The notes beneath the pieces are model-generated. The model saw only the letters and a list, made by a program, of their open reading frames with translations, made no database searches and had not been told where the DNA came from. 61,959 nucleotides of DNA from Chthoniobacteraceae bacterium. Its GTDB lineage: Bacteria; Verrucomicrobiota; Verrucomicrobiia; Chthoniobacterales; Chthoniobacteraceae. Both the position numbers and the translations under genes were made by a program. The DNA is taken from positions 1 through 61,959 of the forward strand of contig JBEBGD010000022.1 of NCBI GenBank assembly GCA_040081625.1, read 5' to 3'. This document shows, one piece after another, positions 8,823 to 17,035 of the stretch (position 1 is its first letter; every line of letters starts with the position of its first letter).

Positions 8823-10646
8823 ATGTATCGCGACCGCACCTGCAACGACCTCCGCAAAGAACACGCCGGCCAGACCGTCACCCTCTGTGGCTGGGTCAAT
8901 TCCCGTCGCGATCACGGCGGCGTCATCTTCATCGACCTGCGCGACCGCGAAGGCCTCACTCAGGTCGTCTTCCGGCCCGAGGAATTTCCACAGGTCGCGG
9001 AGCAATCGCACGCTCTGCGCAGCGAAGATGTGATCCAGGTCAGCGGCCGCGTGGACGTGCGCCTCGCCGGTGCCGAGAACGCCAAGCTCCCGACAGGCGA
9101 CATCGAAGTGATCGCGAGCGAACTGCGCGTGCTCAACAAAGCCGAAGTGCCCCCCTTCCCGCTCGACGACCCGAAGGTGAACGAAGATCTGCGCCTCGAG
9201 TTTCGTTACCTCGACCTCCGCACCGCGCACATGCAGCGCAACCTGCGACTGCGCCATCGCGTCGTGAAAGCGACGCGCGATTATCTCGACGAGCACGGCT
9301 TTCTCGAGATCGAGACGCCCGTGCTCTCGAACCCGACGCCCGAAGGCGCGCGCGACTTCCTCGTGCCGTCGCGGCTGAGCCCCGGCAGCTTCTACGCGCT
9401 GCCGCAGGCACCGCAGCAATACAAGCAGCTCCTCCAAGTCGCGGGACTCGAGAAGTATTTCCAGGTCGCCCGCTGCTTCCGGGACGAAGACCTGCGCGCG
9501 GACCGGCAGCCGGAGTTCACGCAGATCGATGTCGAGGCGTCCTTCGTCACGCAGCAGGACATCCAGGATCTCATCGAAGGCCTGCTCGTGCGCATCTTCC
9601 GCGAGGGGCGCGGCGTGGAAATTCCGACCCCCTTCCCGCGCATCACGCATGCCGATGCGATGAACCGCTTCGGTTCCGACAAGCCCGACACGCGCTTCGG
9701 CATCGAGCTGACAGATGTGGCCGAGGTGTTCCGCGACTCGCAGTTCAAGGTCTTCCGCACGATCCTCGACGGCGGCGGCGTGCTGAAGGCGCTCAACGCG
9801 AAAGGCGCCGCGGAGAAGCTCAGCAAGGAGCAGCTCAAGAAATGGGAGGAGTGGGTGAAGACGGAGTTCGGCGCGAAGGGGCTCGCCTATATCAAGTGGC
9901 CCGTAGCTGCGACGCCCTCGTCGCAGGAAGTGCCTGCGGCGCCCTCGCCGCAGTTCGCCGCATGGGAGTCGCCGATCGTGAAGTTTTTCAGCGAGCAGGA
10001 AAAGGCCGCGCTCGCCGAGCGCATGGGCTTCGCCGAGGGCGACGTGCTCTTCTTCGGCGCGGACAAATGGGAGCCCGCCTGCGAAGTGCTCGGCCGCGTG
10101 CGCCTTCGCTGCGCGGAACTGCTCGGTCTGCTCGACGACACGAAGCTGAACTTCCTGTGGGTCGTCGATTTCCCGCTGCTTGCGTTTTCGCCCGAGGAAA
10201 GCAAACACGTCGCCGTGCATCATCCCTTCACGCGCCCGAACGCCGACGACGTGCCGCTGCTCGAAGCCGGCGACTACGCCAAAGTGCGCGCGATCGCTTA
10301 CGACGTAGTGCTCAACGGCGTCGAACTCGGCGGCGGCTCGATCCGAATCCACGAACGCGACTTGCAGGCGAAGATGTTCGAGGTGCTCGGCGTCGGCGCC
10401 GATGAGCAGCAGGTGAAGTTCGGCCATCTGCTCCGCGCGTTCAGCTTCGGCGCCCCGCCGCATGGCGGCATCGCGCTCGGGCTCGACCGGCTCATCATGC
10501 TCATCGCCGGCGCGGAGTCGATTCGCGAAGTGATCGCCTTTCCGAAGAACAATCGCGGCGTGGACCTGATGACGCACTCGCCGGTCGAGGTGGACTTCAA
10601 GCAACTGCGCGAAGTGTATATCCAGAGCACGGCGAAGAAGGGGTAG
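8823..10646 (+). CDS. aspS: Aspartate--tRNA ligase
   Basis: GWVNSRRDHGGVIFIDLRD, RYLDLR, TPEGARDFLVPSR, FRDEDLRADRQPEFTQID, GAPPHGGIALGLDR. The RDHGG motif suggests a non-discriminating Asp/Asn type. Confidence 0.98.
   Translation: MYRDRTCNDLRKEHAGQTVTLCGWVNSRRDHGGVIFIDLRDREGLTQVVFRPEEFPQVAEQSHALRSEDVIQVSGRVDVRLAGAENAKLPTGDIEVIASELRVLNKAEVPPFPLDDPKVNEDLRLEFRYLDLRTAHMQRNLRLRHRVVKATRDYLDEHGFLEIETPVLSNPTPEGARDFLVPSRLSPGSFYALPQAPQQYKQLLQVAGLEKYFQVARCFRDEDLRADRQPEFTQIDVEASFVTQQDIQDLIEGLLVRIFREGRGVEIPTPFPRITHADAMNRFGSDKPDTRFGIELTDVAEVFRDSQFKVFRTILDGGGVLKALNAKGAAEKLSKEQLKKWEEWVKTEFGAKGLAYIKWPVAATPSSQEVPAAPSPQFAAWESPIVKFFSEQEKAALAERMGFAEGDVLFFGADKWEPACEVLGRVRLRCAELLGLLDDTKLNFLWVVDFPLLAFSPEESKHVAVHHPFTRPNADDVPLLEAGDYAKVRAIAYDVVLNGVELGGGSIRIHERDLQAKMFEVLGVGADEQQVKFGHLLRAFSFGAPPHGGIALGLDRLIMLIAGAESIREVIAFPKNNRGVDLMTHSPVEVDFKQLREVYIQSTAKKG
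9903..9953 (+). repeat. Two tandem GTAG/GTGC-hairpin (REP-like) units inside aspS
   Basis: GTAG-CTGCGACG-CCCT-CGTCGCAG (9903-9926) and GTGC-CTGCGGCG-CCCT-CGCCGCAG (9930-9953). Both have perfect 8-bp stems and a 27-bp period, and encode VAATPSSQE/VPAAPSPQF. Confidence 0.75.
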
Positions 10647-10824
10647 GAACGCGCAGACCGCCTCGGCCTCGTTTTATACACCGCACGACATCATCGCCTT
10701 TATGAACCACGAAATCCTCGACCCGCAACGGAAACGGCTTCGATACATGAAGCGTGAGGATTTTCTCGCGCAAGGCGCCATACCCGCCTAAAAGGGCACG
10801 TCGCTCGCTTCTCTTCATTCGCTC

Positions 10825-11349
10825 ATGGCCAGAGAAAAACCACAAAAGCCAGTCGCCGAAAAGCCTGACCGGAAAGTTACGATCGAACTTCCGCAAGGCC
10901 AATTTCCGGCGGTCATCTACGCGAATGTGTTCGGCTTGGAGAGCGTCGATGGGCACAAGCTTATCCACTTCGGCCTGATGATGCCGCCCTCCCGCTTGGT
11001 ATCCGCATGGGCCTGCGTCTTGGAGGGGCCGCTTATCGAGAACAGCAAGGAGTCGTGGATGAAGTATCTCGCTGAGATCGAGTTCCCCGACCACGCGGGA
11101 GACACAAGCTTTCGGTGCCCGCCGGAGAGGCTGATTCTAGGCGTGCCCTCCGCGAACCTCGCTGAACTCGCTCGCAGCGGAGATATGGCCGAGATTCGCC
11201 TAGCCGTTTACGCGATGGGAGACGTGCTCAACGACCGACGCGAAGGAAAGACCGGCAAGATCAAGGGACAGCCGCTGGCGATGATCCGACTCCCACTCGA
11301 GTTGCAGCGCGAGTTGATCGCGGCGATATACAGCGACTTACTTTCATGA
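10825..11349 (+). CDS. Hypothetical protein (weak resemblance to DUF3467-like 'YAN' proteins)
   Basis: 174-aa ORF in an AT-richer segment. Its stop overlaps the next start (ATGA). Confidence 0.65.
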   Translation: MAREKPQKPVAEKPDRKVTIELPQGQFPAVIYANVFGLESVDGHKLIHFGLMMPPSRLVSAWACVLEGPLIENSKESWMKYLAEIEFPDHAGDTSFRCPPERLILGVPSANLAELARSGDMAEIRLAVYAMGDVLNDRREGKTGKIKGQPLAMIRLPLELQRELIAAIYSDLLS

Positions 11350-11816
11350 AGGTTAACGTTCCTGGGACTATCCTCGCGACTTCGCTGAACATTGGCGCAA
11401 TGGTCAACGCTGGCCTGCCGCAAGGAACTGCGTCCGGCGGTGGCTACGCCGATGAAACCAAGCAAGCCAGTAACACTTCGTCCGGGTCCGAAGTCGTATC
11501 GGTCAGCGACATTACAGATGAATTTTACTCGACTGTTCAAGAGATCCCGGTGGAGATGGAATGGGACAAGGCCGCAGAGAAACGTTTTCAATCGCTTGCC
11601 GTAAAAGAGGCGCTGGAAACATCGACCGTATCAGAAAGGGTTGAACTTGAGCAACTCACCCTCGCTCGGCGAAAACACACTGCTCCTGCAATAAGTGGCG
11701 ACGAAGTCTTGGAAGAGCTAAGGCAGTGGCAAAGCGTCAACCGTGTGTTCGAGGCATTGAACAGGTATGTCCAAGAAATCGGACTCCCCCGAGCAACCTT
11801 CACGAATCGTTCGTAA
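11346..11816 (+). CDS. Hypothetical protein with a helical C-terminal half (possible antitoxin-like partner)
   Basis: 156-aa ORF coupled to the upstream gene and overlapping the downstream HNH gene by 50 bp. The start is uncertain. Confidence 0.6.
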   Translation: MKVNVPGTILATSLNIGAMVNAGLPQGTASGGGYADETKQASNTSSGSEVVSVSDITDEFYSTVQEIPVEMEWDKAAEKRFQSLAVKEALETSTVSERVELEQLTLARRKHTAPAISGDEVLEELRQWQSVNRVFEALNRYVQEIGLPRATFTNRS

Positions 11817-12387
11817 GCATTTCCCAAAAGGAAAGATCACGCGATCGAACTACCGGAAGCGAGCGCTTCCGTGCCTGCTTGCGGATTTCTCGAACCGTTG
11901 CGCCTATTCGATGCTTCACAAAGACATGGCCGGTGGTGTGTCGGCCATCGACGTGGATCATTTCGATCCCCGACTAAAAACGCATTATCTGCAAAGTTAC
12001 TCGAATCTTTTCCCGGCATCGCGGCACTGCAACGGCAAGAAACAGAACGCTTGGCCGACGACCGAGATGCAGGCAGCCGGCATCCGCTTCCTGGACTGCA
12101 CAAAGGAGCACGACTATGGCGTTCACATCCTTGAAGATCCTGTGACGCACCGCGTTTTCGGCGTTACGCCAGCGGGGCGCTATCACGTTCGAGTGTTGGA
12201 TCTCAACGCAGCCGTCTTCATCAAGCACCGACAAATGAGGGCGAACCTTCGAACGTTCATGACAGAGACGCCGCTCACGATTAAGCCAAAGGCGTTTGAT
12301 CGTATACGAGCGGCTATTCAGCTGGCGAAAGCCCTGCAGGACGTAGCGATCCCATTCATTCCTTACGGCAAGCCCCCGCTGGCATAG
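11767..12387 (+). CDS. HNH endonuclease-family protein
   Basis: DFSNRCAYS..DVDHFDP..YSNLFPASRHCNGKK, then the conserved tail AGRYHVRVLDLN..R. Confidence 0.8.
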   Translation: MSKKSDSPEQPSRIVRKHFPKGKITRSNYRKRALPCLLADFSNRCAYSMLHKDMAGGVSAIDVDHFDPRLKTHYLQSYSNLFPASRHCNGKKQNAWPTTEMQAAGIRFLDCTKEHDYGVHILEDPVTHRVFGVTPAGRYHVRVLDLNAAVFIKHRQMRANLRTFMTETPLTIKPKAFDRIRAAIQLAKALQDVAIPFIPYGKPPLA

Positions 12388-12472
12388 GGATGGGTCTCGG
12401 CGAGCGCAGCGCCCAAGAGGCGGTAGCGCTTTTCCGCTCGCCACGCGCACGCTCCCCGGCAAGCTCGCGCGC

Positions 12473-13357
12473 ATGAACCGCCGCACTTTCCTCCGCACCT
12501 CCAGCGCTGCCGCGCTCGCCACTCCGCTCGTCGCCCGCGCCGAGGCGCCCGCGATTTCGCCGCTCATCTTTTTCTCGAAGAGCATCCAGACCGCGACCTT
12601 CGACCGCACAGCAGAAGTTGTCGCCGATGTCGGCTGGCAGGGCATCGAGCTGCCGCTGCGCGCAAAGGGCCAAGTCCTGCCGGAGCGCGTCGAGGAGGAT
12701 TTGCCGAAGATGGTCGAGGCGCTGAAGAAGCGCGGGCTCGTCGTCGGCTTGATCACCACGGACATCACGGGCACGGACTCGCCGCTCGCGGAGAAGGTGC
12801 TGAAGACCGCGAAGGCGCTCGGCATCACGCGCTACCGGATGGGCATCACGCGCTACGACCTGGACAAGCCGATCAAGGCGCAGCTCGACGAACTAAAACC
12901 GCGCTGCCGCGACCTCGCGGCGATGAACAAACAGCTCGGCGTGCGCGGTGGCTGGCAGAACCACAGCGGCGCGAAGTATGTCGGCTGCACGATTTGGGAT
13001 CTCCACGAGCTGATGCGCGATCTCGATCCCGCGGCGCTTGGCGTGTGTTTCGACATCGGCCACGCGACGCTGGAAGGCGGAAAGGCGTGGGAGGTGGATG
13101 CGCGGCTCATCCTGCCGTGGATCACGTGCGTGTATGTGAAGGACTTCGCGTGGGAGCGCGGCGCAAAGGGCGGCTTCGAGCCGAAGTGGGGGCCGCTCGG
13201 CTCGGGCGCGGTGCGGCGCGAGTTCTTCGACTGGCTGAAAAAATCCGGCTACCGCGGGCCGATCAGCCAGCACTGCGAATACCTCACGGGCGACGGACCC
13301 GAGCAGGTGGCGCAGTATAAGAAAGACTGCACGCTGCTGCGCGAGTGGCTCGCGTAA
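12473..13357 (+). CDS. Tat-exported sugar phosphate isomerase/epimerase (xylose isomerase-like TIM barrel)
   Basis: Twin-Arg signal NRRTFL. GIELPLR, QNHSG, FDIGHA, YVKDF, SQHCEY. Confidence 0.85.
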   Translation: MNRRTFLRTSSAAALATPLVARAEAPAISPLIFFSKSIQTATFDRTAEVVADVGWQGIELPLRAKGQVLPERVEEDLPKMVEALKKRGLVVGLITTDITGTDSPLAEKVLKTAKALGITRYRMGITRYDLDKPIKAQLDELKPRCRDLAAMNKQLGVRGGWQNHSGAKYVGCTIWDLHELMRDLDPAALGVCFDIGHATLEGGKAWEVDARLILPWITCVYVKDFAWERGAKGGFEPKWGPLGSGAVRREFFDWLKKSGYRGPISQHCEYLTGDGPEQVAQYKKDCTLLREWLA

Positions 13358-13367
13358 CGCCGCGCGT

Positions 13368-14816
13368 CTAGCTCGCCCGCGCGAGTTCGTGACGGCAGGC
13401 CCAGGCAGAGGTCTTCACCATCAGTTCCGCCATGTTCAGCGGCTTGGCGATGAAGTCGTCGCCGCCGGTCACGCTGCTCTGCGCGCGGTTCTCGACGGAG
13501 TCCGCACCGGTCATGAAAATCACCGCGGTCGATTTGTTCGCGGGCACGGATCGGATCTTCGCGCACACATCGAACCCGCTGAGCCCTGGCAGTGCGATGT
13601 CGAGCAGGACGACATCGAAGCGTTCGCGCTGGAGCAGGTCGAGCGCTTCCTCCGCGCTCATGCAGCGCGACGACTGGAACGATGCGGACTTGAGAGAACA
13701 GTCCAGAGTCTCGAGCACGTCCGGGTCGTCATCGACGATGAGCGTGCGCGGCGACGCGCCGACGAAGGTCCGCTTGAAAGAACGCGGATCGAGTAGCGAC
13801 GCGATGGTCTCGCAGCCGTGCCTGAGCGTCGTCACCACTTCGGGTTCGATGCGCCCGCAGCGCGTCCGCGCGTCCTTCACGAGCGTCGCGCACGCAGTGG
13901 CGAGGCGCTGGGCGGGATGACCGGAGAGGGCGGCAAGCGTCTGCGCGAGCGCGACCGAGTTTGCGGTGAGTGCGTCAGCCGCTTCGTCGTTGGTGCCGTC
14001 GGAGCCGAGGGCCATGAGCGCAGCCTGGATATTCTTCATGCACGCAGGCGCATTCGTGAGCACGGCGGCCAACGCGCGATGGTCGGACACGCCGCGTGTC
14101 GTCTCGTAGGCCTCGCCTACGGACGCGATTTCCGGCGCGGCAGGATTCGGTCCGGCAGCCGAAGCATCGATGCCGAATTTTGCCAGCGCGCTATCTCGAT
14201 CGTGCCTGACCGTCTCCCACGCGATGCGCAGCGCATCGCGCTCCTTCGCGAGGGAGGCGACGTCCGCGCGCAGATGCTCGAGATCGAGCTGAAGATTGGC
14301 GTTTTTCGTGCGCAGTTCGTCGCGCTCGTGCTGGACGCGTTTGTGGACCTCGGGCATCACGCCAAGATTCTGCGTATCCTTGGTCATCAGGCGCGCGCTG
14401 CTGAGGATGTCGATCTGCTTCTGCATCCCGTGGATTTTCGCCTCGAGGTCGAGATTGTCGCGTCGCAGGAATTCGAGTTCGGCGCGGGTGGGCACGACCT
14501 CGGATTTCCCGATCGTGTTGACCGGCGTCTCAGGAGTGAACTCGCACTCGATGGAGCCGAAGCTGACCTTGCAGATGCCGTGAAGGTGGAAGTCGCTGAC
14601 CGCCTGGCCGTCAACGCAGGTCAGGTTCGTGGAGCCGAGATCGCGCAGGCGATAGTGGCCGTTGACGGCCAGCAGCTCCGCGTGATGGCCGCTGACAGTG
14701 CGATCGATGATCTGGATCGTGTTGTCCGGGCGCCTCCCGATGGTGATACGATCACCAGCGAGCACATGGGCGATTTCGCCCCTGTTGTCGGGAAGTTTGA
14801 TACGGAGGACGGGCAT
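13368..14816 (-). CDS. FHA domain - coiled coil - response regulator receiver protein
   Basis: FHA motifs IGRRPDN..VSGHHA..LRDLGSTN. Heptad coiled coil. Receiver motifs IVDDD..LLDIALPG..FMTG..KP. Confidence 0.88.
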   Translation of the reverse strand: MPVLRIKLPDNRGEIAHVLAGDRITIGRRPDNTIQIIDRTVSGHHAELLAVNGHYRLRDLGSTNLTCVDGQAVSDFHLHGICKVSFGSIECEFTPETPVNTIGKSEVVPTRAELEFLRRDNLDLEAKIHGMQKQIDILSSARLMTKDTQNLGVMPEVHKRVQHERDELRTKNANLQLDLEHLRADVASLAKERDALRIAWETVRHDRDSALAKFGIDASAAGPNPAAPEIASVGEAYETTRGVSDHRALAAVLTNAPACMKNIQAALMALGSDGTNDEAADALTANSVALAQTLAALSGHPAQRLATACATLVKDARTRCGRIEPEVVTTLRHGCETIASLLDPRSFKRTFVGASPRTLIVDDDPDVLETLDCSLKSASFQSSRCMSAEEALDLLQRERFDVVLLDIALPGLSGFDVCAKIRSVPANKSTAVIFMTGADSVENRAQSSVTGGDDFIAKPLNMAELMVKTSAWACRHELARAS

Positions 14817-14912
14817 GATGGTCGGAGGTGGGAGTGAGAAAGCAGATGCGGTGCCCGCAAATCATTCACTTTTTCGCTTTCCAGCGCGCGCCGGCGTTGC
14901 TTTATCGCCGAC

Positions 14913-15128
14913 GTGAAATTCGCCGCCTCCCTTCTCATCCTCGCCGCCTTCGCCCTCACCGCGTGCAATACCCTCGTGACCCGCCGCGATCTCTACGCGC
15001 CGGCAAAGGCCAGCGGGCCTTACACCGAGGCGCGTCGCTCCGGCAAGCTACCGACCAGCGAACAACTCGCCGCCCGGCCCACTCCGAAGCCGAAAGACGA
15101 GAAAGAAACCCCGCTCCCGACTCCGTAG
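14913..15128 (+). CDS. Small lipoprotein
   Basis: GTG start, hydrophobic signal with lipobox LTAC. Fills the gap between two minus-strand genes. Confidence 0.7.
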   Translation: MKFAASLLILAAFALTACNTLVTRRDLYAPAKASGPYTEARRSGKLPTSEQLAARPTPKPKDEKETPLPTP

Positions 15129-15145
15129 CGCCCGCCGCCGCCGGG

Positions 15146-16240
15146 CTACGCGCGCCAGCCGTGGTTCTCGCGGACCTGGATCATCGACGCGAGGATGTCG
15201 TTCCACGTCTGCTGACGCTTGAGCACTTCATTCGGGAACATGCAGCCATCCCAGCAGATGTGGCGGAACTTCTTCGTCACCTTGCCCGCGTCGTCGCGCA
15301 TCCAGTAGCCGGCATCGCGCGCGATGTTCAGCTTGCCGTTCGGATCGGTCGCCATGCAGTGCTTGCCGGTCTTGTCGTGGGAGCCACTGCCCTTCACGGT
15401 CGCGTCGTTCTGCGCGACGTGGAAATCGATCGTCCATGGGCGCAGCGCCTTGGTCATCTTCTTCATCGCGGTGTGGAAGGCGTCGGGCTCCCAGTGGAAG
15501 TTCTTCGGCACGATGCGGTGCTCGGGCGCATTGTAGCCGAGCGTGTAGAGGAGTGTGTGCGCCATGTCGGCCTGGAAACCGACGACCTTCGGCTCCCCGA
15601 CTTGCTCGAGCAGCGCGAGCATCCACTTCCACGAGTGCATCGCGCCCCAGCAGATCTCTCCCTCGGCGGCGAGCCGTTCGCCCGCGTCCTTCGCGATCTT
15701 CGCGCCTTCCTTGAAGGTCTTCGCGATCAACTTCGTGTTGGCCTTGGGATTTTTCGCCCAGTCGTGAACGCCGGCCGCGCTATCGATGCGCACCACGCCG
15801 CCAGGCCGCACGCCGAGCGCGCGCAGTTTTTTCGCGATGCGACACGCCTTCTTCACCGCCGCCAGCCAGTTCGCGCGCTGCACGTCATTGCCCATCGCGG
15901 AGCCATCGAACCACACCGGCGCGACCACCGAGCCGACCTCGAAGCCCTTCGAGCGAATTTTCTCCGCGAGCTTCTTGATGCCGTCGTCCTTGATGTCGAT
16001 CGAGATGTGCGGGTCGTAGAGGAAGAGATCGACGCCGTCAAACTTCACGCCGTTGACCTCGGCCTTCGCCGTGAGGTCGAGCATCGTGTCGAGTTCGATG
16101 AACGGCTCCGCGCCCGGCGAGCCCTTGCCCACGAGCCCCGGCCACATCGCGTTGTGCAGCTTTGGGAAATTATTCGGCGCGTCCTTGGCGGCGTCTTTGG
16201 CTTTGGCGGAGGATTTGGAGGTCTTGGCTTTGGTGGGCAT
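15146..16240 (-). CDS. Xylose isomerase-like TIM barrel protein (sugar phosphate isomerase/epimerase family)
   Basis: HNAMWPG, FDGVDL, AAEGEICW, FQADMAH, DFHVAQND, CWDGC. Codon usage looks strongly host-like. Confidence 0.8.
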   Translation of the reverse strand: MPTKAKTSKSSAKAKDAAKDAPNNFPKLHNAMWPGLVGKGSPGAEPFIELDTMLDLTAKAEVNGVKFDGVDLFLYDPHISIDIKDDGIKKLAEKIRSKGFEVGSVVAPVWFDGSAMGNDVQRANWLAAVKKACRIAKKLRALGVRPGGVVRIDSAAGVHDWAKNPKANTKLIAKTFKEGAKIAKDAGERLAAEGEICWGAMHSWKWMLALLEQVGEPKVVGFQADMAHTLLYTLGYNAPEHRIVPKNFHWEPDAFHTAMKKMTKALRPWTIDFHVAQNDATVKGSGSHDKTGKHCMATDPNGKLNIARDAGYWMRDDAGKVTKKFRHICWDGCMFPNEVLKRQQTWNDILASMIQVRENHGWRA

Positions 16241-16319
16241 GAGTGAGGAAAAAGTGCGCGCAGGCTAGGAACGGTGAACGGGAAATCAATCACGAATGCG
16301 CGACCGGATCGGGCGCAGG

Positions 16320-16372
16320 TCATTCGTCACTCGGCATTGATTCGTCAGCCGACATCCTTCATCCGTCATTCC
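16320..16372. repeat. Degenerate heptamer (CATTCGT-like) short tandem repeat in a divergent intergenic region
   Basis: tCATTCGT CACTCGG CATTGAT TCGT CAGCCGA CATCCTT CATCCGT CATTCC, immediately upstream of the GST start. Confidence 0.55.
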
Positions 16373-17035
16373 ATGTCCGTCGTCCTCTACCACCTGCCGC
16401 ACAGTCCCTACGCCATCCCGGTTCGCCAGGCGCTCATCGCGTGCAGCGTCAGCTTCGAGGAGCGCGAAGTCCCCAACGCCGACCGCAGCGCAATCATCCG
16501 CCTGACCGGCGGCGCGTATTATCAAGTCCCCCTGCTCATCCACGACGGACGCGCCATCTACGAAAGCACCGCGGACTCGCTCGACGTCGCGCGCTACGTC
16601 GATTCCACATGGGGCCGTGGCCGCCTTTTTCCCGAGCAATCCGCCGCCGCAAATCTCTGCCTGACCGAGTGGCTCGAGGACGCCGTCGAGGCGCGCACCT
16701 TCAAGCTCGCCGACATCCATTGGATTCCCGCGATCGAGGACATCGTCGATCGCACGATGAACATCCGCCACAAGGAACGCCGGTTCGGCCGCGGCTGCCT
16801 CGATCAATGGACACGCGACGCCGCCTCGATCCGTGCCGACCTCGACCGCTTGATCGCCCGCTGCGAACACACGCTGCGCCACACTCCATTCCTGCTCGGC
16901 CCCGCGCCGGTGTATGCGGACTTCGCGCTCTTCGGCGTGCTCGGCAATCTCTGCCACCACGGTTGGAACCATCTCTCAGCCGAGCAGAACGCGCTGCGCG
17001 ATTTCGTCGGGCGACTCGGCGCGTGGCGCTACTGA
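16373..17035 (+). CDS. Glutathione S-transferase family protein
   Basis: ATG at 16373. LYHLPHSPYA, YQVPLLIHDG, and C-terminal FLLGPAPVYADFALFG. Confidence 0.85.
   Translation: MSVVLYHLPHSPYAIPVRQALIACSVSFEEREVPNADRSAIIRLTGGAYYQVPLLIHDGRAIYESTADSLDVARYVDSTWGRGRLFPEQSAAANLCLTEWLEDAVEARTFKLADIHWIPAIEDIVDRTMNIRHKERRFGRGCLDQWTRDAASIRADLDRLIARCEHTLRHTPFLLGPAPVYADFALFGVLGNLCHHGWNHLSAEQNALRDFVGRLGAWRY

Noticed and set aside
14105..14121. CGTAGGC-CTC-GCCTACG hairpin in the FHA-receiver gene as another REP
   Set aside because: Only a 7-bp stem with no GTAG-plus-separate-hairpin architecture; plausible by chance.
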